From an uncultured Actinomycetes bacterium (GTDB lineage: Bacteria > Actinomycetota > Thermoleophilia > UBA2241), in NCBI GenBank assembly GCA_963709345.1, contig CAVPVX010000001.1, forward strand, positions 352,001-416,000: DNA of 64,000 nt. The letters run 5' to 3'. The translations under genes were made by a program, and so were the position numbers. The stretch's first letter is position 1, and each line of letters begins with the position of its first letter. Below, piece after piece: positions 49,013 to 58,139 of this stretch. The notes below the pieces were generated by a model, which was not told the DNA's origin, ran no database searches, and was given only the letters and a program-made list of their open reading frames with translations.

Positions 49013-50146
49013 TCACCAGCGGCGCATTACGCGCTGTCGCTCGACGTTCTCCTCGACGAGCTCGATGCCGAGTCCAGGCCCTTCGGGCACGAGGACGCGC
49101 GAGACGCCATCCGCGACCTCCTGCCCGAGGCCGCGGCCGATGTCGTGGGTCATGCCGCCCGGCCGCCATGGCAGATCGGCATCGCAATGAGTCGCGTTCG
49201 CAAGCGCCGCGTTGAGGTGGAAGTGCGCAGCGAGCCCGATCGAGCTCTCGCCCATGTTGCCCATCATCACGCTGATCCCAGCCGCCTCGGCGATGGCGTT
49301 GACTTTGAGCGCGTTCAGGATGCCGCCCGTCTTCATGAGCTTCACAACGAAGATGTCGCACGCCTCCGCCTTGGCGCACGCCAACGCCTCTCGCGGACCG
49401 CGCACGCTCTCGTCGAGTGCGATAGGGACGTCGACGTGGCCGCGCACGAAGCGTGCCGCCTCGAGGTCGTCCATGCGCACCGGCTGCTCGGCGAACTCGA
49501 TGCCGTGCCGCTCCAGCAGCTTGATGGCGCGGACCGCCGTCTTGGCGTCCCACCACCCTTGGTTCGCGTCGACGGTCAGGCGGGCGGCGGGACCTGCGGC
49601 CTCCCGCACGGCGGCAACGCGCTGTTCGTCGCGCTCGGGGGCGTCACCCGTCTTGATCTTGAACACGGTGACGCCTTCGGCGCTCATGGCGCGCGACTTC
49701 GCGGCGAGCGTCTCCGGCTCGTCCCAGCCGAAAGCGACGACCTCCGGCAACGCGCGTCGCGAGCGGCCGCCGACGAGATCGAACAGCGGCCGCCCAAGGG
49801 CCTTACCCTGCAGATCCCACATCGCGATCTCCAGGCCGGCTCGGGCGGCCTGGTTGCCCACCGTGTACAGCTCGCGCTCCCAGCAGTGGACGATCGCTTC
49901 GACGGCGAAGGGGTCCTTGCCGATGACGGAGGGCGCGAGGTACTCGCCGATCACGTCCTGCACACTCCAGAGCGTGTCGCCGGTGAACTCGTATGCGGGG
50001 CACGCCTCGCCGATACCGGTGATCCCTTCGTCCGTCTCGACCCGGATCAAGTCGCAGGGGCCGATAGCGAGCGCCGACGAGGCGATCACGAACGGCTCAT
50101 CCATGACCAGCTCGAGCGTGTCGACGTGCACTGCGGTGATCTTCAT
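49013..50146 (-). CDS. Enolase-superfamily (MLE subgroup) dipeptide-epimerase-like protein
   Basis: GIGEA, KIK, DANQGW, EQP, DES, KLMKTGG, C-terminal DAD. Confidence 0.85.
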   Translation of the reverse strand: MKITAVHVDTLELVMDEPFVIASSALAIGPCDLIRVETDEGITGIGEACPAYEFTGDTLWSVQDVIGEYLAPSVIGKDPFAVEAIVHCWERELYTVGNQAARAGLEIAMWDLQGKALGRPLFDLVGGRSRRALPEVVAFGWDEPETLAAKSRAMSAEGVTVFKIKTGDAPERDEQRVAAVREAAGPAARLTVDANQGWWDAKTAVRAIKLLERHGIEFAEQPVRMDDLEAARFVRGHVDVPIALDESVRGPREALACAKAEACDIFVVKLMKTGGILNALKVNAIAEAAGISVMMGNMGESSIGLAAHFHLNAALANATHCDADLPWRPGGMTHDIGRGLGQEVADGVSRVLVPEGPGLGIELVEENVERQRVMRRW

Positions 50147-50358
50147 GGGCGACGCTCCGCGAAGGAGGGGGATCGGTGTCCGGCTGCAAGTCTACGCCAT
50201 GAGCGAGCCGCCCGGCGATGGCGTGGACGCCCCCATAACGCACGCCGGGGCCGCAGCGCGCACCGTCGCGGACGCTTGTCCGCGCCCGCCGGCGGCCATA
50301 TCATCTGGCAGCCTGCCATCCACCTTCAGCAGCATGCGGACACGCGAGGAGAGCGGCC

Positions 50359-51417
50359 ATGACGAGCCGGATCCACTTCGAGAGCCACATCGAGAGAGCC
50401 GGGTTCCACAGCCCGCTGGAGGGCATGGAGTTCGCGGAACAGACCATCGAGGTGCGGACGGACCCGCTGACCGGCATGACGGCGGTCGCCTCCGAGGGCC
50501 TTGCCGAGAAGGAGGAAATGTTCCTCGGCAAGACCGACTGGGAGTACACGGACGAGCTCGTGGCAAAGAGTCGCGAGAGTTGCTTCTTCTGCCCGGAGAA
50601 GGTCCAAGACGCGACGCCGCGCTACCCGGACGACCTGGTGCCCGGCGGCCGCCTGCAGCGTGGCCGGGCCCTCGTCTTCCCCAACCTGTTCCCGCTGGCC
50701 GGCGTGCATGCCGTGGTCGCCTACCCGGAGAAGCACTATCTGCGGCCGAGCGAGTTCACCCCAGACCTGCTCGAGGAGGGGCTGGGCGCGGCCCTCGACT
50801 TCATCCGCCGCGCCGAGCGCCACTACCCGCACCTGGTCCACCTCGAGCTGTGCTGCAACCACATGCTGCCGGCCGGGGCCAGCCTGGTCCATCCTCACCT
50901 GCAGGTCTTCGGCGGGGAGACGCCGCCGTGGCAGGTCGACATGTACTGGCGCAGGTCGGCCGAGTGGCTGGCCGCCAACGGCGCCGGGTACTGGCAGGAA
51001 CTCGTCGCGCTCGAGAGGGAGCTGGGCGAGCGTTACATCAACGGGTCGGAGGGCGCTCATTGGCTCACGCCGTTCGCGCCCGCCGGCGCCCGCGAGATCA
51101 TCGCCGTCGTGCCGGGCGTCGACCGCCTCTCCCGGCTCGGCGACGATCACGCGCGAGGCCTCGCCGCCGGCCTATCCAAGGTCCTCTCGTGGTACGAGGA
51201 CGAGGGCCTCTCGGCCTTCAACTTCACGCTCTTCGGCGGGCCGCTGCGCGGCCACGAGCCCGGCCTCCCCGTGGTGCTGCGCGTGATCGCCCGGACGGCC
51301 TTCAGGCGCGACTACCGCACCGACGACTACTTTCTCCAGAAGCAGCTCGGAGGAGAGCTCATGTTCACGCCACCCGAGACGATCGCGGCGCGGCTGCGTG
51401 AGCGTTTCGCAGACTGA
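50359..51417 (+). CDS. Galactose-1-phosphate uridylyltransferase-like (GalT/HIT) protein
   Basis: EVRTDPLTG, CFFC, FPNLFP, GASLVHPHLQ. Confidence 0.8.
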   Translation: MTSRIHFESHIERAGFHSPLEGMEFAEQTIEVRTDPLTGMTAVASEGLAEKEEMFLGKTDWEYTDELVAKSRESCFFCPEKVQDATPRYPDDLVPGGRLQRGRALVFPNLFPLAGVHAVVAYPEKHYLRPSEFTPDLLEEGLGAALDFIRRAERHYPHLVHLELCCNHMLPAGASLVHPHLQVFGGETPPWQVDMYWRRSAEWLAANGAGYWQELVALERELGERYINGSEGAHWLTPFAPAGAREIIAVVPGVDRLSRLGDDHARGLAAGLSKVLSWYEDEGLSAFNFTLFGGPLRGHEPGLPVVLRVIARTAFRRDYRTDDYFLQKQLGGELMFTPPETIAARLRERFAD

Positions 51418-51449
51418 GCGTCTCGCCGGGATGCCGCTGCGCGAGCGGC

Positions 51450-51478
51450 TTGCCCGTCCGGCGACAATGCCGCATACT
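51450..51478 (+). promoter_or_regulatory. Putative sigma70 promoter of the tRNA
   Basis: TTGCCC-N17-CATACT. Confidence 0.5.
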
Positions 51479-51507
51479 ACTGAATCCCAGCCCGTCTGGG
51501 ACCGCGT

Positions 51508-51583
51508 GGGGCATTAGCTCAGCTGGGAGAGCGCCTGGATCGCACCCAGGAGGTCAGCGGTTCGATTCCGCTATGCTCCACCA
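51508..51583 (+). tRNA. tRNA-Ala(CGC)
   Basis: 76-nt cloverleaf; acceptor GGGGCAT/ATGCTCC with G3:U70; anticodon stem CCTGG/CCAGG with loop ATCGCAC; GGTTCGATTCC; encoded CCA. Confidence 0.97.
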
Positions 51584-51720
51584 CCCCTTCTCCAGCGTCC
51601 GCTCTGCGTCTCGCGCCGCCTCCCTTCCCGCCTCGGCGGACCCGCGCGCGCTTCCGGCTCATAGTCCGCGGGGTCGCGACCGATACTCCTCAGTGTGAGA
51701 CGCGACGAGAGGAGGCTCCG

Positions 51721-52083
51721 GTGGAGCTGGACGGAGCGACCATCGGGATCATCGGCGGAATCGTGGGCGTCACGGCCGGTTTCATCGGCGGTGTCGTCGG
51801 CACGCGTGCCTCGGTGAGGAACGCGCGCTCGCCCGCGGCGAGGGCCTTCATGGTGCGTATCGCGACAGCCTTGTGGGTCGTCATCGGAGCGATGATGGGG
51901 CTGCTCGTCCTCACCCTGCTCGGCGCGTTGCCCTTCTGGACTTACTGGGCCGTGTTCGTCCCGCTCATGTGCTGCCTCGGCCCGCTGATCGTGTGGACGA
52001 ACCGCCGCCTGAGAAAGCTGGAGAGCGGCAGCCCTGTCGCCGGCGGCGCTACCCCTCCGAGTCGTCTATCCCCACGTCGGTGA
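51721..52083 (+). CDS. Small membrane protein (3 TM)
   Basis: RBS GAGGAGG, GTG start, hydrophobic helices. Confidence 0.7.
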   Translation: MELDGATIGIIGGIVGVTAGFIGGVVGTRASVRNARSPAARAFMVRIATALWVVIGAMMGLLVLTLLGALPFWTYWAVFVPLMCCLGPLIVWTNRRLRKLESGSPVAGGATPPSRLSPRR

Positions 52084-52407
52084 GCTGAACCATCGGGGCG
52101 TCCGGATCGAAGCGGACGACGCGTGATCCGCACTGAGGGCACACGGGCTGCGGAGCGTCGGCTGAGAACTCGTCCCCGCATTTGAGGCACGAGGCTGCCG
52201 CCGGCTGGTGGTCCCATGCGGCGCGGCGCCCTTGAACAGCTCGTCCTCGCTCGTGAGCATCTCGACGCATGTCTCGGCGGAGTCCCGGGGGAAGTCGGCG
52301 GCCGGTGTCATGACGAGAAAGACATCTGTGACCCTGGTGGCGTGGTTGGCGACGGCGGCCTCTCGCGCCCGTTCGATGAGCCCTTGAGTGATGCCGGGTT
52401 CGTGCGC
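52049..52407 (-). pseudogene. hypA: Hydrogenase maturation nickel metallochaperone HypA (start codon lost, one frameshift)
   Basis: Reads (GCG)HEPGITQGLIERAREAA, the MHE motif with a GCG codon in place of the start; frameshift near 52215; then CLKC...CPQCGS. Confidence 0.75.
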
Positions 52408-52529
52408 GGTCCTCGCCTCTGTCCGTCTCTTTCTGATTCGCCCCCAGTCCTACCACGCCCGGCGTATACTCGTGCGCGGACCAGGCAGGCGCTCGGGGTC
52501 GCACGGCCCCGGATCGGAGGCTTCGGCAC

Positions 52530-53177
52530 ATGGCGGGAGAGATCGAGTTCACCAGCAACACCAGCGACCTCAGCTCCGACAACGGCTTCCAGTTCGAGTT
52601 CCGCTGCGACCGCTGCGGCAACGGCTATCGCACGGAGTTCGACACCTTCGAGCTGAGCGCCGCGACGAACGTGCTCGACGGCGCGAGCGGCCTGCTCGGC
52701 GGCTTCTTCGGACAAGCGGCCGATGTCGCCCAACGCGCCAAGTCGGCCGCGTGGGAGAAGGCGAGCGACAAGGCGTTCAGAAAGGCGGCCGAGGAGATCC
52801 GCCCCAAGTTCGTCCAGTGCCCGCACTGCAGTTCCTGGATGTGCCGGGAGCAGTGCTGGAACGAGAGGAAGGGCCTCTGCAAGCAGTGCGCCCCCGACCT
52901 CGGCGTCGAGATGGCGGCCGCCCAGGCCGACAGGTCCGTCGAGGAGGTGTGGGCGCACGCCAAGATGGCCGAGGAAGACAAACACCTCACCGAGGCCGAC
53001 TGGCGGGAGGGCATCACGGCCTCCTGCCCCAAGTGCGGTGCGGCGCAGGCGACCAACGCCAGGTTCTGCGCCCAGTGCGGGACCGACCTCAAGTCGTCGC
53101 CGCACTGCACGCAGTGCGGCGCCAAGCTGCAGCCCGGAGCGAAGTTCTGCAACGAGTGCGGCACGAAAGCCGGTTGA
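52530..53177 (+). CDS. Multi-zinc-ribbon (double zinc ribbon) protein
   Basis: Eight CxxC motifs; GFQFEFRCDRC; ARFCAQCG and AKFCNECG. Confidence 0.85.
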   Translation: MAGEIEFTSNTSDLSSDNGFQFEFRCDRCGNGYRTEFDTFELSAATNVLDGASGLLGGFFGQAADVAQRAKSAAWEKASDKAFRKAAEEIRPKFVQCPHCSSWMCREQCWNERKGLCKQCAPDLGVEMAAAQADRSVEEVWAHAKMAEEDKHLTEADWREGITASCPKCGAAQATNARFCAQCGTDLKSSPHCTQCGAKLQPGAKFCNECGTKAG

Positions 53178-53211
53178 TTACTGCGTCTATCGCACGACTC
53201 CCGCTGCCTTG

Positions 53212-53240
53212 GCGCGACGATTCTACGAGAATCGTCGCGC
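53212..53240 (+). terminator. Hairpin downstream of the zinc-ribbon gene
   Basis: GCGCGACGATTCT-ACG-AGAATCGTCGCGC, perfect 13-bp stem. Confidence 0.6.
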
Positions 53241-53350
53241 TAACGCTTGTCTCCCTCCGCTGCATCTGGTAGAACCTGAGCGTCAGTGGACGTCCGCCGC
53301 ACCCGGCGCCAGCCGCCCGGGTCGCCGGTCATGAGGAGGGAGACGAGCAG

Positions 53351-54589
53351 ATGAAGGTCCTTATCGTCGGCGCGGGCATGCAGGGCCAGGTGCTCACCTG
53401 GAACCTCGGCCGCAACCCGGCAGTCACCGAGATCGTCGTCAGCGACTTCGACGAGAAGCGCGCGCAATTCGTCGCCGGGCAGGTCGGCAACGGCAAGGCC
53501 ACGGCGATGTTCATCAACGCCTCCGACGTCGACGCCGTCGCCAAGGCCGGCGAGGGCTGCAAGCTCATCGTCAACGCCGTGATCCCGCAGTTCAACAAGT
53601 CGATCATGCAGGCGTGCCTCAAGTGCGGCGCCGCCTACATGGACATGGCACAGGGCCAGACGCAGACGCAGACCATCGACGAGGCGTACCTCGACCAGAT
53701 GACGCTCGCCCCCGAGTTCGCCAAGCAGGGCATCCTCGCGCTGCTCAGCACCGGCATGGACCCGGGCGTCACCAACACCTTCGCCGCCAACGGCTACGAG
53801 GACCTCGACAAGTGCTTCGAGATCCGCATCAAGGACTACGCGGTCTTCGAGAGCCCTGTACCGTTGCAGGTGTGGAGCCAGGAGACCTTCTACACCGACT
53901 GCGCGCAGCCGCCGCTGCTCTACGAAGACGGCGAGTTCAAGCGGGTCGAGATCTTCGGCCGCCGCGAGCACTACGAGTTCCCGCAGCCCTTCGGCCTCGG
54001 CGCCGTCATCTGCCACGACCACGAAGAGGTCAGCACCCTGCCGCGCACGCTCCCCAAGAAGTACGGCGACAAGGGCCTGCGCTACGTCGACTTCAAGATG
54101 GGCGGGCCTGAGGACGGCATCGACGCGGACCTCGCCTTCGTCAGCTCGGGCATGGCCAGCAAGCAGCCCGTGACGCTGAAGGACGGTAGTAAGGTGCGGC
54201 CTATCGACGTCTTCGTCGCGTCGATGCCTCCGAACCCGCCGGCAGACGAGCTCGCCAAGCTCGCGCTCGCCGGCGAGATCACCGACTACGGCGTCGTCAC
54301 CGTCGACTGCATCGGCGAGATCGGCGGCAAGCCCGCCTCCGTCGGCTACAACATCTTCCCGCCCGACATCAAGTACGTGAACAGCCTGATCCCCGGCGGC
54401 ACCAGCGTAAGCTACGGCACCAGCACTCCGTCCAGCATCTACGCGGAGTTCATCGTCGAGGACAAGATCGCCACCAAGGGCATGGTCTGCCCTGAGGAAC
54501 TGCCTCGCGCCGCACGCGACGCCTTCATCGCAGAGCTCGGCGAGCGCAACCTGCCGGTGACCCGCAAGGACGTCGTCACTGCCAACTGA
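53351..54589 (+). CDS. Saccharopine dehydrogenase / carboxy(nor)spermidine dehydrogenase family oxidoreductase
   Basis: LIVGAGMQG, IMQACL, YMDMA, GMDPGVTN, HDHEEV. Confidence 0.85.
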   Translation: MKVLIVGAGMQGQVLTWNLGRNPAVTEIVVSDFDEKRAQFVAGQVGNGKATAMFINASDVDAVAKAGEGCKLIVNAVIPQFNKSIMQACLKCGAAYMDMAQGQTQTQTIDEAYLDQMTLAPEFAKQGILALLSTGMDPGVTNTFAANGYEDLDKCFEIRIKDYAVFESPVPLQVWSQETFYTDCAQPPLLYEDGEFKRVEIFGRREHYEFPQPFGLGAVICHDHEEVSTLPRTLPKKYGDKGLRYVDFKMGGPEDGIDADLAFVSSGMASKQPVTLKDGSKVRPIDVFVASMPPNPPADELAKLALAGEITDYGVVTVDCIGEIGGKPASVGYNIFPPDIKYVNSLIPGGTSVSYGTSTPSSIYAEFIVEDKIATKGMVCPEELPRAARDAFIAELGERNLPVTRKDVVTAN

Positions 54590-54708
54590 GGCGCCCGACA
54601 GGATACGCCTTGGGCGCTCTCGAAGCCGGGAGCGCGGAGGGCCGGGGCTGCGAAAGCGCCCCGGCCCTCCTTTCACTCGAGGCGCTGGTGGCTCCATTCC
54701 TCGAAGCG

Positions 54709-55113
54709 TCACAGGGTGAAGAGGTGATGCTCGGCGAACGCCTCGAGCGACGCCTCCCAGACCCTCGGCTCATCGACCCCAAGCCGGAGACGCCTGGCCT
54801 CGACGCAGTCGAGCAGCGTCGCGGCCAGACCAGTCCCACGGTGGTCGGGATGCACGAAATGATCGGCGGGCACTTCTCCCGCGGTCTCGGGCCACACCCA
54901 GGCGACTGCGACGACTTCGCCCCCTGCCGCGGAGACGACCCACCAATCCCGGTCGATGCGGCATTCCGTATCTCTCCACTCCGTCGCAAGGTCGTCCAGG
55001 TGCCCACGCGCCTCACCGGTGTCGTAGCACTCGGCCGCGTCCATCACCGATCGGGCGGCTGCGACATCGACAGGCCCGGCGTGACGAAGAACGTAGCCGT
55101 AGGGAGCAGGCAC
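54709..55113 (-). pseudogene. GNAT acetyltransferase remnant
   Basis: VHPDHRGTGLA motif A; then jumps to a second-domain-like EAFAEH segment and stops. Confidence 0.55.
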
Positions 55114-55185
55114 GGTGGCTCCGAGTGAGTCGGACGGGCACGACCGCGGAGAGCACCTCGGCCGCCGAGGACCGCTGCGCCCAGC

Positions 55186-56592
55186 CTACTCCTCCACGCC
55201 GCAGAATCGCAGCGCCGCGAGAAGCAGCGTCTCCGCGGCGGTGCGTAGCTCGGCGATCGAGACGTACTCGTCGGCCATGTGCGCGACGCCCACGTCGCCG
55301 GGGCCGAACAACACCGTCGGGATGGCGCCCACGTTGACGAGCAGGCGCATGTCTGCGCCGTAGGTGACGCCCTCTATCGGTGCCGGCGCCCCCGTGATGG
55401 CCGTCGCCGCATCTACAACCGCCCTGACGATCGGATCCGCCGCGGCGGTCACAGCGGGGTCGAAACGGCCGCCCCACCACTCCACCTCCGGCGGATGCTC
55501 CGAGAGCCAGGGGTCGGCCGCCGCGGCGCAGGCGATGGTTTCTTCGAACGCCCGCCGGGCCGAGGCTGGGTCCTCGCCGACGGCGACGCCGTAGCGCCCC
55601 TCAGCCACAAGCACATCTGGCACGCTGCTCGCCCAGTCGCCGGCGCGCAGGGTGCCCACCTCGATCGGCCACGGCAGCCGGTAGCGGGCAAACAGCGGTG
55701 AGCGGGGGTCCCCGGCCATACCGGCCCCCATCGCCGGCGTGTCGGTCGAGCCGTCCGCGGAAGCGCAGGCGACGCCGCAACGCTCGGCCTCCAGCCGCCT
55801 CAGCGCCGCCAGCAGCGGCATTGATTTCTCGACGGCGCTGACGCCCTCTTCACGCACGCAACCGTGCGCCGAGAGGCCGCGAACGGTGACGCGGAACATG
55901 AGCGAGCCGGCTTGGGCCGCGACGACGCGAAGGCCCGTGGGCTCGACGACGATCGCCCCGTCGGCAGTGTGGCCGCGCAGAATCGTGGCCAGCGTGCCCG
56001 TGCCGCCGTCCTCTTCACCGACCACGCTGGCCACCGAGACGCGGCCTCTCAGCCGGACCCCGGAGTCGCGGATCGCCTTCACGGCGAAGAGCGCGCAGCA
56101 GAGGCCGCCCTTCATGTCGACGGCGCCGCGGCCATACACCCGGCCGTTCCTGACGGCCGGCTCCCACGGCGGCGTGGTCCATGCAGCCTCGTCACCCACC
56201 GGGACGACATCGATGTGGCCGTTCAGCATGAGGTCGCGGCCGGAGGCGGCGCCTGAGGCAGTCCGGCCGGCTGCCTTCTCCCCGCACCAGCACACCACCC
56301 CGAGCGCCTCATCTCGATCCACCTCGTGGAACCAGTCGGGGTGACGGCCGAGCTCGTCCAGGTCAACGGGCCAGACGTCGGTCGCCAGACCGGCGCCGGC
56401 CATCCACCCGGCGACGCGGCGCTGGGCGCGCGACTCGTGGCCGTCGAGGCTGGGGATGGCGATCAGCTCGAGAAGAAGGGCGACCAGGCCTTCGTGGTCC
56501 AGCGCAGCGAGGGCACGCCGCTCGACCGCGCTCGGCACGGCGCTCGCGCGCGGCGACCTGCGATCATCGGCGGCGTCATCATGGCTCGTCAC
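55186..56592 (-). CDS. ArgE/DapE-family (M20) deacylase
   Basis: LNGHIDVVP, GRGAVDMKGG, GEEDGG, EPT, GLSAHG, FGPG, AHMADEYV. Confidence 0.92.
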   Translation of the reverse strand: MTSHDDAADDRRSPRASAVPSAVERRALAALDHEGLVALLLELIAIPSLDGHESRAQRRVAGWMAGAGLATDVWPVDLDELGRHPDWFHEVDRDEALGVVCWCGEKAAGRTASGAASGRDLMLNGHIDVVPVGDEAAWTTPPWEPAVRNGRVYGRGAVDMKGGLCCALFAVKAIRDSGVRLRGRVSVASVVGEEDGGTGTLATILRGHTADGAIVVEPTGLRVVAAQAGSLMFRVTVRGLSAHGCVREEGVSAVEKSMPLLAALRRLEAERCGVACASADGSTDTPAMGAGMAGDPRSPLFARYRLPWPIEVGTLRAGDWASSVPDVLVAEGRYGVAVGEDPASARRAFEETIACAAAADPWLSEHPPEVEWWGGRFDPAVTAAADPIVRAVVDAATAITGAPAPIEGVTYGADMRLLVNVGAIPTVLFGPGDVGVAHMADEYVSIAELRTAAETLLLAALRFCGVEE

Positions 56593-56599
56593 GCTTCGC

Positions 56600-57475
56600 T
56601 CACTCCGGGTCGCGCAATACCGGCCGCGTCAGGCAGGTCGGCCCGCCCTCGGCCTTGAACGACAGCGGCTCCCCGGGGAAGGTGACGACCTCGCAGTCGG
56701 CCATCTCGAGCAGTTCCTTCGTCCCCGGGCTGCTCTCCAGCATGATGCAACGTCGTGGCGCGACCGTCAGCACGTTGGTGGCCTGCGTGTGCAGAAACTC
56801 CTCCTCGGGCACCTCGAGCAGCCGTACGCCGCGGCGCTTGAGCTCGGCCCAGAACGCGGTCGGCATCAGCGGCGGGTACGCGACCGCGAGATCGACGTCC
56901 ACAGGGCTGATGAGACTGAGCAGGTGCAGGCAGGCGTCGGGACCGGTGAAGAACGGCAGGTCAAAGTCGAGCACCGTGACGCCGAGCGGCTCGAGAAGGA
57001 CGCGGAGCTGGCGCACACCCTCCGCGTTCGTCCGAAAGCCGCGGCCGACTGCCAGCGTGTCGTGGTCGAGCCACATCGTGTCTCCGCCCTCGACGCGTGC
57101 CTCGCCCTCGAGGCGACCGTAGATGGGCACACCGCAGCCCTGCAGAGTCCGCCCAAGCGGCTCTTCCTCACCGCGGCGCGCCTCCTTGCCCATGCTGAGC
57201 AGCAGTGTCCCGCGATCAGTGACGAGCGCCGGGTCGAACACGAAGACGCTGTCGCTGTGATCGGGGAGCGGCTCGTCGTGGTACAGGACCTCGACGTCCC
57301 AGGCACGCAGCGCGTCGGCGAAGGCGTCGTGCGCGCCGCGGGCGGCGTCGAGGTCGATGGCGCTCGTGTAGTGCCACGCCTTCGGGTCGGCGGCGGCCAT
57401 CGCTTCACCGGGCCGCCGCATCACCACACGGCGCAGGCGGCCGACCATTCCCTGCGCACCGTGACCCTCAGCCAT
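56600..57475 (-). CDS. Arginine deiminase/DDAH-like guanidino hydrolase (pentein)
   Basis: LRRVVMRRP, DSVFVFDP, RRGEE, EGGD, RTN, LHL, EGGPTCLT. Confidence 0.85.
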   Translation of the reverse strand: MAEGHGAQGMVGRLRRVVMRRPGEAMAAADPKAWHYTSAIDLDAARGAHDAFADALRAWDVEVLYHDEPLPDHSDSVFVFDPALVTDRGTLLLSMGKEARRGEEEPLGRTLQGCGVPIYGRLEGEARVEGGDTMWLDHDTLAVGRGFRTNAEGVRQLRVLLEPLGVTVLDFDLPFFTGPDACLHLLSLISPVDVDLAVAYPPLMPTAFWAELKRRGVRLLEVPEEEFLHTQATNVLTVAPRRCIMLESSPGTKELLEMADCEVVTFPGEPLSFKAEGGPTCLTRPVLRDPE

Positions 57476-57567
57476 TCGTGCCTCCTCGTCCGGTGGCGGC
57501 AGCTTCCGGAGCGCCGGGCTCGCCCTCGCGCCACGCCCGCAGGCGGCCGAGGCGGCCTACAGGGCCG

Positions 57568-58038
57568 TCAAGCGCCGTGTATCTTGCGCTGCCACGGGGC
57601 CCACGACGTGGGCCGGTTCATGTCGGCGTACTGATGCACGGGCGTGTCCGTCGGGTTCCTGAGAACGAGCAGGCCGTCAACATCGACGACGGCTACGCTG
57701 GACCCCTGCATGAGCGCGAACAGGCTCAAGATGGCAACCGCATCGGCGCCGCCGCCGAGCTCGTCCACCGAGAGCGTGTGGTTGGAGAGCACGCGCTTCC
57801 AAGTGGTCGTGAGGCGCTCCCAGGTGAGGTCGACCCGCACACCGCGAACGAGCAGGGACGCGTGTGCGTCGTCGGACGCGACGATGCGGCCCTTGCCGCG
57901 CCAGAAGATGAGCGGGAACTCCGTACCGATCATTCCCTCGCTCCGGTGCTTCATGGTCTCGATTGAGATCGCGACGTCGCCGGCCCTATCCATGTGCGTT
58001 CCGGCATCGCCGCGCTTCATCACGTCATCGGGGATCAT
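57568..58038 (-). CDS. Hypothetical protein
   Basis: RBS GGGAGG, ATG start, 156 aa with coding-like codon bias. Confidence 0.6.
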   Translation of the reverse strand: MIPDDVMKRGDAGTHMDRAGDVAISIETMKHRSEGMIGTEFPLIFWRGKGRIVASDDAHASLLVRGVRVDLTWERLTTTWKRVLSNHTLSVDELGGGADAVAILSLFALMQGSSVAVVDVDGLLVLRNPTDTPVHQYADMNRPTSWAPWQRKIHGA

Positions 58039-58139
58039 GCTGCCTCCCGGGGAATGCTGCCACGCGTAGTCTATCCCGGGCGTCGCGACGCGAGCCAGCC
58101 CGGTCGGCCGCCGGCGTGAACCGCCGGCTCGTCCCGGGC

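Noticed and set aside
51584-55200. tRNA-anchored genomic island
   Set aside because: No integrase, no duplicated tRNA 3' end and no evident compositional shift
57476-57567. CCGGACGAGG (minus strand) resembling the start of a guanidine-III riboswitch
   Set aside because: It is the RBS region itself, and the pseudoknot partner sequences are missing
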